Origin: Camelus dromedarius | Taxonomy: Eukaryota | Assembly (NCBI RefSeq): GCF_036321535.1 | Contig: NC_087447.1 | Coordinates: 36,334,001 to 36,398,000, forward strand | Direction of reading: 5' to 3' | DNA: 64,000 nucleotides | In this document: positions 36,761 to 49,509 of the stretch, one piece after another | How the letters are laid out: every line of letters starts with the position of its first letter | How positions within the stretch are numbered: position 1 is the stretch's first letter | Made by a program: the position numbers and the translations under genes | Notes under the pieces: generated by a model | Seen by the model: the letters and a program-made list of their open reading frames with translations, nothing else | What the model was told of the DNA's origin: nothing | Database searches by the model: none

Positions 36761-39700
36761 GTATTAACCTGATATGCTTTTTGCTGGCTATATTCTCATG
36801 AGTGGCCTGTGTTAGTTTTTTTCCATTTCTTTGGAGAATCCCCAGTGTCGGCTCTCGATCCTGCCATGTTCACCTATGAAGTTTCTCCTGATGACAGTTC
36901 CTTGACACTTCATTGACTTTGGAGGCCTAGGGGAGGAAGGCCTGTGCTCTTGGGCGCTTGGCTGGGCTTCAGCAGCTGCTCAGGATGGCCCCCTACCCCA
37001 CCCCCGCCCTGTCCAGGGGCTGCCGGGCTGTGGACTCCCATGTGGGGCTGGTTTGGCAGGCGGACTGCAACCCAAGGTGGCGGGAGGGGCTCCACAGGCC
37101 CTCTTCCAACCCGCATGCCATCGGCTTGTTCCAGTGAGGCGGGTTAGTGACGGACCATTGCAAACTGGATTTGTATTTAATTCGTTTTGACTTGTGATGT
37201 ATCCTTAAAACAGAAGGCAGGAGGCCAGTTTGGTTTAGGGATGTGTACGTTTCCAAGTTAGTTGTCATGACAGTTTTTCTCTGTCGCCAAGAAGAGCACC
37301 CGAGGTTTACAGTGACTTTCCAACTATTTAAACTGGAGAAAATAGATTCCAAGGCGTTCGGAAGAGGGGACACTGCTGCTTTTTTAGCTACAGATCTCTC
37401 TTTGAATTTTAAAATGAAAAATACTCTTTGCTGTTAAGCATTACTTGGAGGTATCTCCATGACAGATGAAAGGGATGGGGGAAGGATTTGTCCACAAGTG
37501 AGTGCAAGGCGAGAAGGAGGGACAGGAGGCAAAACCCCCAACACAGGGTGGCTGCCTGTAGACATTCTCTCAGCAGAAGCGCGGTGGTGGTTTTCTTACT
37601 AGTTGGTCTCAGTTTCTGTTTTGCACGTCCCACCCTGTGTAGGAGCAAACGTGGTGACTCCAGCTCCAGCTGGGAGGAGGGGTAGCCTGTTCTCTAAGAG
37701 TTGTGGCCCAGGTTTCAAACAGAGTTCATGACAGGCCCTCAGCTCAGACTCTGCAAAGAGCGTGTGGTTGGGAAAAGGCCCGTAGCTCCAGTTAAGTCCC
37801 GTGTGAGCAGGCAGCAAGGCCCAGCCCCCTCGAGGTCAGATGGGTCCATTTGCGAAGGTACTGGCTGACCAGGGACCCTCCAGCTGGGGGCCATCCTGGG
37901 AAACTCCACATGGCCCAGCGATTCCAGCTTCACTTCTTTAAAGGGGCTCACGGGGCCTGAGCAGAGTTTTAAACAGTGGGATTTCAGTTGGCAGCAGGGA
38001 CGCGAACATGCTTTTGCATCTCTTGCTGACATCCATTCCTGGCTTCCTGATCTTAACTTTAACCCAGGTTCCGGTTGAGCCCAAAATGTCTGTCTTATTC
38101 TGTCTTATTTTAGAACATTTTAGGATCTGGTGTAAAATGGGGGTTGGAAATAATTTTCCCCTAACCCTCACTTGATCCTCCTGGACTGCCCAGATTCTCA
38201 ACATGTCCAGGGTGTTATTTAAAGGATTACAGCTGAGATGTAGGTACATGTGTGAGTGCATGTGAAGTAGGTGTGCCCAGGCTGATGTAGAGGTTGAAAG
38301 CTGGCCCTTTTTGTTCCCTTTCCTTCCTTTTTCTTCCCGCCTCTGTGTCTGGCTTTGGCGGGGCAGCGGGGCACGGGGTAGAATCTGCAGCTTGCCCCTT
38401 TTCCCTCAAACCCCTTGGCCACCTTCACTTACGCTGGTTTCTCCAGAATTTTCCTGGCTGTTGTAGGTTGCAGCCTAAGGCTGGGGAAACCTCCATCTGC
38501 CCAAGGTCAGCTGGAGGATGGAAGGTGGGGGGTGGAGTGGATGGGGACCCTGGCTCAGCCAGACAAGAGCCCATGTTTGACTCTGGGAGTTTCCCCAGCC
38601 GCAGTGCTGTACTGTATGGTGAGTCCTTTTGTGTTCACACCAAGGGTGGGAAAGAAGCAGCAAATTATTTGTCTAATCCACAAATCACATTTCTGAGATG
38701 AGGCAGGCAAATGCTAGGAGCCCTCTGCTTCGAATCCAGCATCAGACGCCGGGGCGCGTGAGGGACTTTGCCCATGTGGGTTGCGCGCCGTTATGAAAAG
38801 AACAAAGAGGAGACTGGGGGGATGCGGAAAATGGCAGCCCCTCCCGGCCTGGTAAACACGCCATTGCTTTGCCGCCTCTACTCCAAAGGCTACCACTTTC
38901 TTTGCTCTCTGAGCAAAGAAACCTTTCTTCAGAGCAAGTGGCGGGGTACAAAGGCAGAGTACAAAATGTGTGCACATCACAGTCCCTGCAATTCTGTTTG
39001 AACAAGCATATTGATTGGGTCTGACCTTGTTACATTTTTTCCCTATTATTTGAAAAGGTGCATCTAAGTGTAGTGAATTGAACCAGCGGAGCTGAACTTT
39101 CCATGAAAACTTCTCGAGGTATTTCTTTAGTTCAAAGCTTTTGAATTTTAAAGGGCATTTTTAATACGAGTCTGTTGAGTATTCTCTGCCACAGCTCAAC
39201 AAGGGATGTTAAATGCAGTTGAGGCTGGAGCAGGGGTGCACGTGGGGGTGGACGTGCCGCACAGTGGAGAGTGCAGGTCGTGGTTGGAGTGTGCGGACCA
39301 GCCCAGGAAGGGCCAAGCTTTGGGGAGAGAGCAGCATACACAGATGCTGCAAAGGGGGACAGCTTCGGAGATGGGCAAGGGGCTTCCCAGCTGAGAAGTA
39401 CTTGCTGGGGTCTCCTGATGGATGAGGGTTTTGTCCTCATGAATCAGGGGCTCCTTACTCAGCCACTCTCTTTCTCGCACACTGTGCTTTAGAACTGAGA
39501 AGGAGTAAGAGGCACAGTCCCTTGGCTGAGGTCACAGAGTCAGACAAGAAGCTGCCACTGTCCTCAGCCCTTGACATCACTTCACAATTGCAGGTACTTT
39601 CCCACTGAGCCCTGAGCTACATCTCAGTCCTTAGCTGTTTCAACATCTTGTGATGTTTTGCTAGTTGCAGGGGCCATAGCAGTGTCTCTCTTGCCACCCT

Positions 39701-42637
39701 GGCCTGGCCCTTGGAAGCATCCACAGGTCTTCTTCCCCACCACCACCGGGGGCCTCTCCTCTCCCACTGAAGGCACACAGCCCTTTTTGACTGAGCCGAG
39801 TGTCTGGTGGCCTCTGGTGGCCTCTTGGATCTAGAAAGCACCTCCTTCCTAAACCCAGAATTCGGGATCAGAGACAGAATTGTCTGTAGGAGGAGCTGGA
39901 AATTCAGGTCCTATGTTGAAAGAACCCAGGTTTGAGTATCTCAGCAAAGTCCTTTGTGTCCTTGCCAAACCTCGAGCCTAGAAGACTGGCCTGGGGAGGT
40001 CAAAATTGGGTCAGGATCATAGTAACAAAAGGTAAGACACCCAGTCTTCTCTGCCCACAACTGGGAACACCAGCCCCATTCAGATTCCTCCTAGAGTCTA
40101 ATCCTGGTTGTACTATTTTTCCAGCCCTGTGACCTCCGTCAAGTTACCTAACCTCTCCATGCCTCGGTTTTCTCACCTGTAGAATAAGGGTTTATATTAG
40201 CAGCTACCTCAGGAGAGTTGTTGTGAGGATTAAATAACTTTTTATGTAGAAAGTGCTAGGCATGGTTCCTGGCCCCATAGGAAGCATTAGAAAAAAATGT
40301 AAGTTATCATTTACCCGCATTTAAGTTACAATTATTTAACACATATCACATTCTCATTCTTTAATTAGTCTATTTGTTTATTGCCTGTCTCCCTCACAAG
40401 AATATAAGCTTGGTAAGAGCAAGGGTTCTTGTTCAGTATATTATGCCTAGTGCCCAGGACAATGTCTGCCACAGAGTGCTGAGAAATAATTCATTGAATG
40501 AATAAGGGAGTGAAAGAAGTCAAAAGCTGTTGGCCAGGGAGCCCTCTCTCTTCTTCATATCGCTTTGCCTCTCTGCTCTGATCAGTTGCATGTTATATGC
40601 TCTAGTCCCCAGAGAGCATCCCTAGTGCCCTATTTTTAAGTTTCTTGAGTTGTAGGTAAGAGCAGGGACTGTGGAAAACAAATCCACCCATATTAACTCC
40701 AACCTTGGGCAAGTCACTGGACCTCCTTAAGCTTCAGTTTCCTCCTCTGAAAAATGTGAGTAACAGTACCTACCTTACATGGGTGACGGGAAACTGCATG
40801 AGACCATCCTTAAGCACCGCCCCTGGCGTGGGACCCTCTCAGCCAGTGGGCATCGTGCTGGTTTGCCCTTGTGTATGATCCTTAGTGTGAACAGCAAGGC
40901 TCCAGGTGGGTCTTCCACATTCAAACCCTGTCTCCTTTCCCTGGCTCGGCAGGATAAAGGGGTTTCGGGTCAGCTGCCAACCCCCGCCCTAGTCTTCTGC
41001 CCTCTGCTATCTGCTTGCCATTTTAGACAGTTGCCTGCAGCAAGTAAAGCAAGGGCTGAGGGCTTTTGAAGTTGGGGTTCACAAGGCCGTGCCACTGCCA
41101 GGCTGCCTCCCTGAACTCTCCAGGGGCTGAGGACGGGCGAACCCTCTAAGGCCTCCCCTTGCAGCCCTGCGGCTGTCCATCCCGACAGCAGATCAACCTG
41201 TGCACGCCCCTTTGATGTCAGTTCCCACACTGGAGCCTCGTCCCCTGCTCTGAGGACCTGGACTTTGAAGTTGGTCTATAAACTGAGCTTTCAGGAAGAA
41301 AGTTGTCTGTTGTGCCTCAGAGCATGGCTGGGCCCTGTAAAGGCACGCGTAATGCCATGAACACCTGATAAATAATTCTTTCTGGGCCCAAGAAAGATTC
41401 ATTCCATTTATAGGGGAGGAAAATTCCCTTGACCTTTTCATTGAAGTTCTTGGGGGGAGGTGGTTAGGGAGGGTTTTCGTGTCTTCTCGCTGAAGTCACA
41501 TGGGGCAGGCAGGTTGTCTAAGAGCTGAGCTCCAGTGACTTCTCCAGGAGGGCTCCCTGTCCCATGACCCCAGCCCGAATTCCCCTTAGCCCGCCCTGCT
41601 CCCCCTCACGCTGGCTGCCTCCTATGGGGGAGCCTGGGAGAAGATCAGGCCCTCCCACAGGAAGAGGGGCCTCAGCCTCCTCCAGGCCAAACCCTGCTGC
41701 AAATGGTAGGGCTTCCAGGAGGCACAGCCCTGTTGTCTTCCTTTCCTTCCAGGGCCTGGCATGGTCAAGAGGAGAGGCAGACAGGATTTCCCACCTGAAG
41801 GAGCCTTGAAAGTGGACACCGGCTCATAGCCACTGAGCACTTACCTCAGGCCAGGCCCTCTGCTAGGCCCCATTTTGTGCACAGCTGGATTATAGGATGT
41901 GGGCATGTGTGTAGTTTTGTGAAAGCTCTCTTTATGACAAAATGTAACATGCATTTAGGAGGAATGCAAAATAACAGCGTTCAGTGCAGTAAATGATCAG
42001 AAAACGAACACCTGCGCAATCACTGCTTTAGCCAAGAAATCAGTTTGCCAGGATGCAGGAAGCCCTGCTCATGCCCCTTCCCACCCCTCCCATGAAGGGT
42101 GACCATGCTCCTGACTTTTGTTCTAACTACTTACTTCTTTTTCTTTATAGTTTTACTATCTAAGCAGACATTGCCAGAGTCTGTAACTTAGTCTTACCGG
42201 CTTTCTGAAATGTGTATGGATAGAAAAGTAGACGAGAATAATAAAGAATATATTCCTTTGTCTGGCTTCTTTTCACTAAACATTGTTTATGATATTCATC
42301 CACGTAACTGTATTTCCCTCATTTTGCTGTTGTGTAGTAGTATTCACTGCAGGAATAGTCAACAAGTGTTTATCGATTCTATTGTCAGAGGACATCTGGG
42401 CGTTCCCAGGGTGGAGCTGTTACAAGCAGTGCTGCTGTGGGCATTATCTACATATCTCTCGGTGCACGTGCACTCATATTTCTTTGGTATATTCCTAGGT
42501 GTGGGGTTGCTAGATTATAAGGTAAGCATACCTTCAACTGAGGTAGAAAATGCTGAACTTCCATTTCCAAAGAATTTCCCAAGTCATGGTATAATTTATG
42601 CTCCTACCGTCAATCTGTGAGTGGCGCCACATGCTAG

Positions 42638-43120
42638 CTGTGGTGGCAGTGTCTGAAATGGCTTGCACCCTCTGTCGGCCCTCCCCCTACGTGTGGGCTG
42701 GAGCTGGCAATTCCCTTCTAGTGAATAGGATGTGACAGGACATAACAGGATTCGAAGATGAGGTTACGCAGAGGCTGTAGCTTCCATCTTGGGTATCCTC
42801 CTTTGCTTATTTGCTTACTGTGAGAGAAGCCATGCTGTGAACTAACTTACGGGGGGGGCTCACAGAACAAGGAACTGACGTCTCTGACCAACAGCCAGTG
42901 AGGACCTGAGAACTCATGTGACTAAGCTTGGAAATGAGTCCTCCCTCCAGTCAACCTTGAGAGGATTATAGCCCTGGCTGACACCTGGATTACAACCTTG
43001 TGAGAGACCCTCAGCCCATCTGAGCCCAGACTCCTGACTCACAGAAACTGTGAGGTAAATGTTTATTGTTTTAAGTTGTTAAGTTTTGAGGTAATTTGTT
43101 ATACAGCAATAGATGTATAT
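42638..43120 (+). mobile_element. MLT1 (ERVL-MaLR) solo LTR
   Basis: CAGCCAGTGAGGACCTGAG...CTCACAGAAACTGTGAG...TAATTTGTTATACAGCAATAGA. Confidence 0.8.
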
Positions 43121-43283
43121 GCAACAAAACTTTCTTTTATTGTAGCCATTTTGATGTGTATAATCAGGTTTATTAGCATCTTCCTGGTTATTAATGATAC
43201 TGAGCATCTTTCAAATGCTCATTGACCTTTTGGATTTCCTTTTTTGGTGAAGTACCTGTCAGGATTCTTGTCATTATTCCATG

Positions 43284-43342
43284 GGTGTATGTGTGTGTAT
43301 ATGTATATATATATGTGTATGTGTGTGTGACACACACACATG
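43284..43342. repeat. Compound (TG)/(TA)/(CA) microsatellite
   Basis: Alternating purine-pyrimidine tract seen directly. Confidence 0.85.
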
Positions 43343-43379
43343 TCTTTTTCTTGTTGATTGGCAGGAGTTCTAGATACAA

Positions 43380-43835
43380 CCCTATCTTAGCCTGGGTTAC
43401 CCCTAGAAAGTAGAGCCCGAGGCAAGGGGAAATGATCCTATGGAACAGAAGTGGAAAGGAAAGGAAGGGAAACAAAAAGAAGAATGCCTTCTCAAGTTGG
43501 TCAGTGTTGTGGGAAACGTGGGCTCAGTCTCACTGGGACCTTCTGAAGAGCCATGTAAAATGCTCCTCAAAATTATCCACCTGTGGTATGAAAGAGAACA
43601 TGGATCTTCTAGCTCAGGGCCCCTCCTTGACCAAGAGCTCCCCATGGGGTGTTAAGTCCCATGTGTCCCAGATCCCACATGTGTGAGTGATTCCCTTGTG
43701 AACCCACACTGGGGCTGCTAAGAAGGCCTGGGGCATCACATGAGAGGCGTGGCTAAAATGAGTTCCTGCCGTAGTAACAGAGTAAAATGGGGGCTGAGAG
43801 GAGGTGCCGGGGAGCACAAGGAGTATCTAACACAG
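43380..43835. mobile_element. ERVL-type (LTR16-like) solo LTR
   Basis: TTAGCCTGGGTTACCCCTAGAAAGTAGAGCCCGAGGCAAGG terminus. Confidence 0.55.
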
Positions 43836-45269
43836 AACCTCTTATGGATAATATGCATTGCAGGTATCTTGCCCCACTCTGGCTTGCCTTTTCACTGTGA
43901 CTTTTAATGAAGAGACATGACTAATTTTAAGGTAATTGAGTTTGTAGATTTTTGTAGTTTGTGGGTTTTTCCATCTTGTTTAAAGACTCTCCCTGTACTT
44001 AAGTCATACAAATGTTCTCCTTTGGTATTTTCTAGAAGCTTTGTTGTTTTGCATTTCACAGATACACGGTCTACCCGGAATTGGTTTTTAAGTAAGGTGT
44101 GAAGTGGGCATCAGGCTTCATTTTCCTGTATAGATGTCCAACTTATTGAAGAGTCTCATTTCCTCCCCACTGCTGTGTAGTGCCACCTTGTCATAGTCAA
44201 GGATCTATGTGTGAATCTATCTCTGGGCTCTTTTTTTCCTTTCCATGTCTGTCTGTCTGTCACTGTGCCAACATCACACTATTTTAATTACTGAAGCTTT
44301 ATAGTAAGTGTTGATGCCCAGAAAAACAAAACGTCAGTCTTGTTCTTACTCTTCACAAGTATTTTGACTAATTTTTTTGACTTTGCATTCCCTTGTAAAT
44401 TTTAGAACTAGCTTGCCAAATTTCACCCCCTACCCTGACTGGATTTTTTTCTGTTGAGACTACATCGTATGTAGATTACTTTGGAGAGAATTTCATCTCT
44501 ACAATATTGGGCGTCCTAATCTATGAACATCATATATATATATTCATTTATTTAAAACTTTAAGTATTTCTCTCCAAATTATTTTATAGGAAAGAATTAT
44601 GCTTTTAGCAATGGTAGACAAGGTTGCTTTGAACCAGCTTTCCCACTGAGAACAAATAGGCTAAAATATTAAACACACACACATAACTGAAGGCACTGGA
44701 GGGCTATCAAAGGTGTGAAAATGTATGGAGCCAGAGGAAAGGAGGAAAGACAGGAAGCGTGAGGTCAGCATTTGGCACCACATTCCCCCCTGATGTGGGC
44801 TGCCTGTTCCAGAAACTGTGGCCGAAAAGAATCTGAGCAGGTCTTTAGCTGTTAGTCTCTATGTAGCTGGTTGGTTGGTTGGTTGGTTTGTTTACTATTT
44901 TTTCTTGATGGACTCTCCTAGTCTCACCCTGTTTATGTTCAGCTTAGGAGTCAGCCAAGGATCCAGGAGAGTTTCTTTATACAGAGTCTGGGGGCGCTAC
45001 AGCTCCCGTCTCTGGGGCTCTTCTCTCCAAACCCCGGTGTCCTTGACAGCCCTGAATGCTGTGCTGAATGCTGGCAGCCCTGAATGTCTCTGCTTCTTCC
45101 ATCCAACGGGTCTGCCCCCTCTGGGCTTTCATTTTTTTTGTTTGTTTGTTTTTTGTTTTTACTGCAGTTGATAAATGACCTCAGGGAGATATCTGGGTAG
45201 AATGTGGGACTCACTACGTGTGCTTGTCTTTCAGTGATCAGAAGCCCTTTGTGGGCTGGCCAACACAAA

Positions 45270-45685
45270 TTTCTTCACTTTTATTCTTGGAGGATATTTT
45301 CACTCGGTGAAGGACTATAAATTAGTGAGGTTTAAAAAAATTTTTTTTTCTTAGTGCTTTAACGATCTCTTTATATTGTCCTCTGGCTTTTGTTTATGTT
45401 GAGACGTTAAATGCCTTATTTTTGTATGCTAAATGTGTCTCTTTTCTCTCTGCACTTTTCTTGTTTTTGGTTCACAGCACTTTTACTATAATTTGCTTAG
45501 ATGTGATTTTGTCTTTATCCAGTTTGGGATTTGTAGCTCTCCAGTCTATGGGTGAGTATCTTCTGTCAGTTTGGGGAGATTCTTAACCTTTATCTCTTTG
45601 AAAATTGATTCTCCCCATACTCTATCTTCTCTCAGGGACTCCAATGATATGATTGCTAGCCCTTTTCACTCTACTTTCCACTCCC
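45270..45685 (-). mobile_element. Old L1/HAL1 ORF1 fragment
   Basis: Translates to ESRVKRASNHIIGVPE, the L1 ORF1 (D)R..R.NI.IIGVPE motif. Confidence 0.65.
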
Positions 45686-45689
45686 GGGA

Positions 45690-46865
45690 AACAATATCTC
45701 ATTATGCAAGAATCCATTACATCCATGTGGAAACAATTTGACAAATCAAGTAGTCCTTCTCTTACTGAAATGCTTTTGCCAGTCGAATTCTCCTGTACTA
45801 CGACGTGTCTGTCTCTGACATCAGCAGTGATAAAGCCCACAAACCTTTATGGGATTTGGACATAGTCATCTTTTGTTTCAAGGACATAGGGCAAAAGATG
45901 TGGAGGATTTTTCCAATCACAAGGTTCAATATTTAAGGTTTTAGGCTGCATTATGCTTGTCCTCAGTGGCAGACTGAGTGACTGAGGCACTTACATGCTC
46001 TTTGATAAATGTGTGTATTTGTGATATGCAGGGTTCTCCAATGCATAGGCCCCAAGGAGGGAGTCTATCTCACCCAGGTCTAAAGGCGGGGTTTCTCAGC
46101 CTCAACACTTGATATTTTGGGCCAGACAATTCTTTGCAGTGAAAGTCTGTCTTGTGCATTATAAGATGTTTAGTGGCATCACTGGCCTCTACCTACTATG
46201 CACCAGTGGTACCTAGTTGTGATGAGAAGAAATATCTTCAGATTACTGCCAAATGTTCCCTGGTGGGGCAAAATCCCTGAGAACTACTGGTCTAAGGATA
46301 TTGCTCCAGACAAGAGAGACCCACTTGGAAGATGATACCAATAGTCCACTTCATCAAGGAGAGCACATCACCCATTTAACGTAGAGACACGGGCATGTTT
46401 TCCTTCGGCTTTGGCTGTTTGCAAGCTCAAAGCCGAATTTCCTGTTTACTACATGAACTGTGAGCCTCAGTTTTCAGGACTGATCTTATTTCTAGTGTAA
46501 CAGTCTTTTAGGAAAAGGCTTCAAGTAATTTGAAAAGATTGGCAGACTGTCTCCATGTGAAGCACCCTTAGGAGGGAACATCTTGATACTGGTAACAGCA
46601 CAAGAGGCACTGTTTTCAGCAGTGCAGGTTAGGCTCCTTGAAGCAGCTTTGAGGGCAGTGAGTTTTGCGAGGTGGGAAAAATAGGGAAGGCATTGTTTAT
46701 TTGGTAACTGTGGGCGGTGTACCTTGTGGGAGCATTCAGGAGGTTCTCCTTTGGTTTTTCCCAGACTAGAAGTAATTGTAGAATGCTTCCTCAGACTAGG
46801 GTTAGTAGCTAAGCTCAGAAATCAAATAAGTAGGAATTCAAGGCATAGTAATTTGTTAAAAGTTA
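45690..46865 (-). other. Endogenous L remnant, segments 4-5 (motifs D/E and downstream blocks), split by MER20
   Basis: SEEAF..F..GKNQ......LPQ, NNAFP, KLTAL, TLNG-x10-WYH-LPS-GSL, QPKTLNI; frame is continuous once MER20 and one TSD copy are removed. Confidence 0.7.
46086..46289 (+). mobile_element. MER20 DNA transposon
   Basis: TTTCTCAGCC...GGCCAGACAATTCTTTG...TGCCAAATGTTCCCTGG...GAGAACTACTG; 8-bp TSD GTCTAAAG (46078) / GTCTAAGG (46290). Confidence 0.85.
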
Positions 46866-46869
46866 GTAT

Positions 46870-48390
46870 GTACTTCCAATTTGGAGACAGAAGAGTAAAG
46901 TCCTTTAATTCTTCTCCTGAAAATCACCCCAAAGCAACAAGAGAATGAGAAAACAAAGTTCCGACTCCAGCTTCAACAAAACAAGGAGGCACTGGAAATT
47001 CTTAACTCTAAAACGGGCAAGAGTTGAAAAAGTGAGTATCAAAGAAGAGTACAGGGAGATGCCTGCCTCTGTAGGGTTTGAGAAACCTAACTAGTGTCGT
47101 CTTTAAGGTGAGGCTGTTTGCAGGACCGGTCTGTTAGAGCAGCAGGAAAGAAAGCCCCTGCAATGTTAAGAGGCCTTTAGCTTCTGGTCTTCAATGGCAG
47201 GGCTACAAGTGTTCACACACATAACTCTGGATCATGAAAAAACTTTCTGCTAGCTTGACCCTTCCCCAACATGAAAATCCTGCAAATACCTGGAAAAAAC
47301 TTCACTTAAAGGTGAGTCATCAGTTTTCTTCATCTAGGTAAATGGAAATTTCATTCTTCCAAGAGTTCACTTTTGACTCTTCTCTCACATGCTACATCCA
47401 AATTTTTGGCAAATACATTTGGGTCTAATATATCCAAAATCTAATTTTCACCACTTCCACTACTGCCATCTGAGTCCAAGCCTCTGTACTCACCTGGAAT
47501 ATTGCAATAATTTCGTAACAGTGCTCTCCATTTTCATATTTGACTCCCTATAGCATTTTTTCCCCCCAAACACAGTTGCCTAAGCTGTATTAGTTAGATC
47601 ATGTCAATCTAATAAAAAAAAAAACTCACCAATGTCTTCTTAGTCTCCTCAGAATAAAATCCAGAGTTCACATCATGGCTATAATGATCTTATTCCTGCT
47701 GTCTCCTTGAACTCATCTCACAACCCTCTGCTGCCCCTAGCTTATTTTATTACTTTCACTGCATCCCTTTACCTTGTTTCCTTAATATTTATCACAATTT
47801 TTATCACATCTGATATATATTTGTTTATTTTTGGCCCTCCTCCCCCAGAATGTGAGCTTCATTAAAGCAGGGACTGATTCTGTTCACTGCTGTACTCTCA
47901 GTGGCTAGAACAGTGCCTGGGACATAGTAGGTACTCAGTAAATATTTGCAATTGACTAAACAATAAAAAAAAAAAAAACTAGCACAGGCTTTGTATGAGG
48001 ATATTAAAATAGAAAAGGATCGAGAAAAAATAAAATGGCAGGTGAAGAACACTCACCAGAAGAATGCTGCTTCAAAATAGTTAAACTGTGATCAAAGATC
48101 TCATGACAACCTTAATATCATAATATTTCTATAAAATAAGAGCCTACATCAGAATTATAAGAGGCTATGAGGAGACAGAAAAGAGAAACATGAGCCAGCA
48201 GGATGCAGGGGGAAGGATTACATAATAATCATAAAAATGAATATAAAATTGGAATGATAGCGTATACAGTGCTCAAACAATAAAGGGAACAGAGAACAGT
48301 TTTAGATCAGATTAAAAATAAAGAAAAAAATGATATAGAGATAGGAGATGCAACACACACACAAGTGGTGTTCCTAAAGAAGAAAATTTG
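46870..48390 (+). mobile_element. Old L1/HAL1 5' region with an L2 3' end (~47380-47960) in the middle
   Basis: A-rich ORF1-like sequence ending GGTGTTCCTAAAGAAGAAAAT; L2 tail AGAACAGTGCCTGGGACATAGTAGGTACTCAGTAAATATTTG. Confidence 0.6.
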
Positions 48391-48780
48391 TTTCCTACTT
48401 TTATAGGTGGAAGCACTGAGGAAACTTGCTCATATGAAATAAGTCAGTAATAGGTTTTAGAAACTTCAATCCTCTGAACTCTTGGAATTTAGGCCAAGTA
48501 TCCTAGTGGAGATCTCTCATCAAATAGTATTTCTAATAAATCTATCAGCTGACAATTCACTTTTGTTCTCTACCAATTTTATTGAGGGCATAGAACTAGA
48601 AACCACCTGACTTGCAAAAGGAGTCTTTCAGGCCTCAACAGCGTTCCAAATTGTCCTTTTGTTTGGAGCCTCGAAAGGCTAGGAGTAAGTACATATGGAT
48701 GTACAGGGGAGGAGAATTGATTCTGTTGAACCTCTTCATGCACCCTAGGAATGTATATTCATTTGAAGACTACTGGTTAA
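48390..48780 (-). other. Endogenous L remnant, segment 3 (decayed motifs B and C)
   Basis: F-E-G-S-K-Q-K..W at 48675-48646 with small indels; ENK at 48570, 26 codons after the W, the same spacing as W..DNQ in recalled BoDV L. Confidence 0.55.
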
Positions 48781-49500
48781 CAATGCCAAGTGCTGCTAAC
48801 AGGTCAAGCAAGGAATGAACTGAAAACATGGTTTTGGAAAATAAGAATCATTGATTTGATGAACGTATTTTCAATGCAGTTATATTAAAGTTGGGTAGAA
48901 ACCATACTGGAGTGGACTGAGGAGAAAGGAGATAGTAGTGAAGCTGAGACAGTAATAGAAACAAGTTAATAAAACTGGAAATAAGATTAGAGCTGAAGTA
49001 TACGGTATCTAGGAAGAATCTTTTTAAAAAGATGTGAAATACCTAGGGACTTGGGGACAAATGTTGACAAAATAGGGTCAACAGACCAAGAGAGAATATA
49101 AAAGAATATAATCAAAAGTACTAGGTTCACAAGAAAATGCGAAGGATTAATAGTACCTGGTATTAACTGAGTAGTTATTACCTATCAGAGTGTTAAAGCT
49201 ATTTTAACTAATTCTCACAATAACCATACAAGGTGGTTGCTATTGCTGTCATTTTACGGATGAGGAAAGGAGACTCAGATCTAGTTATATCCAGGGTCAC
49301 TCAGTTCATCACTAAGTTAGTAGAGTTGGGATATGACCTAGAGCAGTGGAGCACTTCTCCATGGTTGTTGATTTAGATGGATGTTCAGGAAATTTCTAAT
49401 AAAATCTCTTTTTAATGCAAGCTAGAAGGCAAAGACATGTTTTAAGAGTGAAGAAGAGAGTGTCACAAGTTTGAGAACAGGGGTTTTCAGCAGTTAAGAA
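48780..49500 (-). mobile_element. L2 fragment with a nested MIR (~49150-49340)
   Basis: L2-like AAGTGCTGCTAACAGGTCAAGCAAGG; MIR core CATTTTACGGATGAGGAAAGGAGACTCAGA. Confidence 0.55.
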
Positions 49501-49509
49501 TGGCAAAGA

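Larger units (their letters stand above)
41920..44590 (-). mobile_element. Old L1M element interrupted by two LTRs
   Basis: T-rich antisense L1 3' UTR and ORF2-like sequence. Confidence 0.7.

Noticed and set aside
41193..41460. Possible continuation of the viral element (WNES; ORF 41193..41441)
   Set aside because: An isolated 4-residue match with wrong spacing and no L motif; it looks more like ordinary regulatory DNA (TCF/TEAD-like sites).
45661..45672. RVKR as a furin cleavage site
   Set aside because: It is part of the L1 ORF1 motif ESRVKRASNHIIGVPE in the adjacent repeat.
45690..46865. Resemblance to bornavirus glycoprotein and matrix protein (ENxxSCxV, TLNG, DE....Y.L..GS, LLPY, SVRE.L)
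   Set aside because: It needs several large deletions, nearly all in frame, and each match is near chance level. The L-polymerase reading explains the same DNA and the neighbouring islands co-linearly. Still worth including in the search as the alternative hypothesis.
48400..48760. Short resemblances to bornavirus N (FLG...AF..SK) and P (RILG.N.K)
   Set aside because: The two conflict with each other and are chance-level. Motif B/C of L fits the position between the motif A and D islands.
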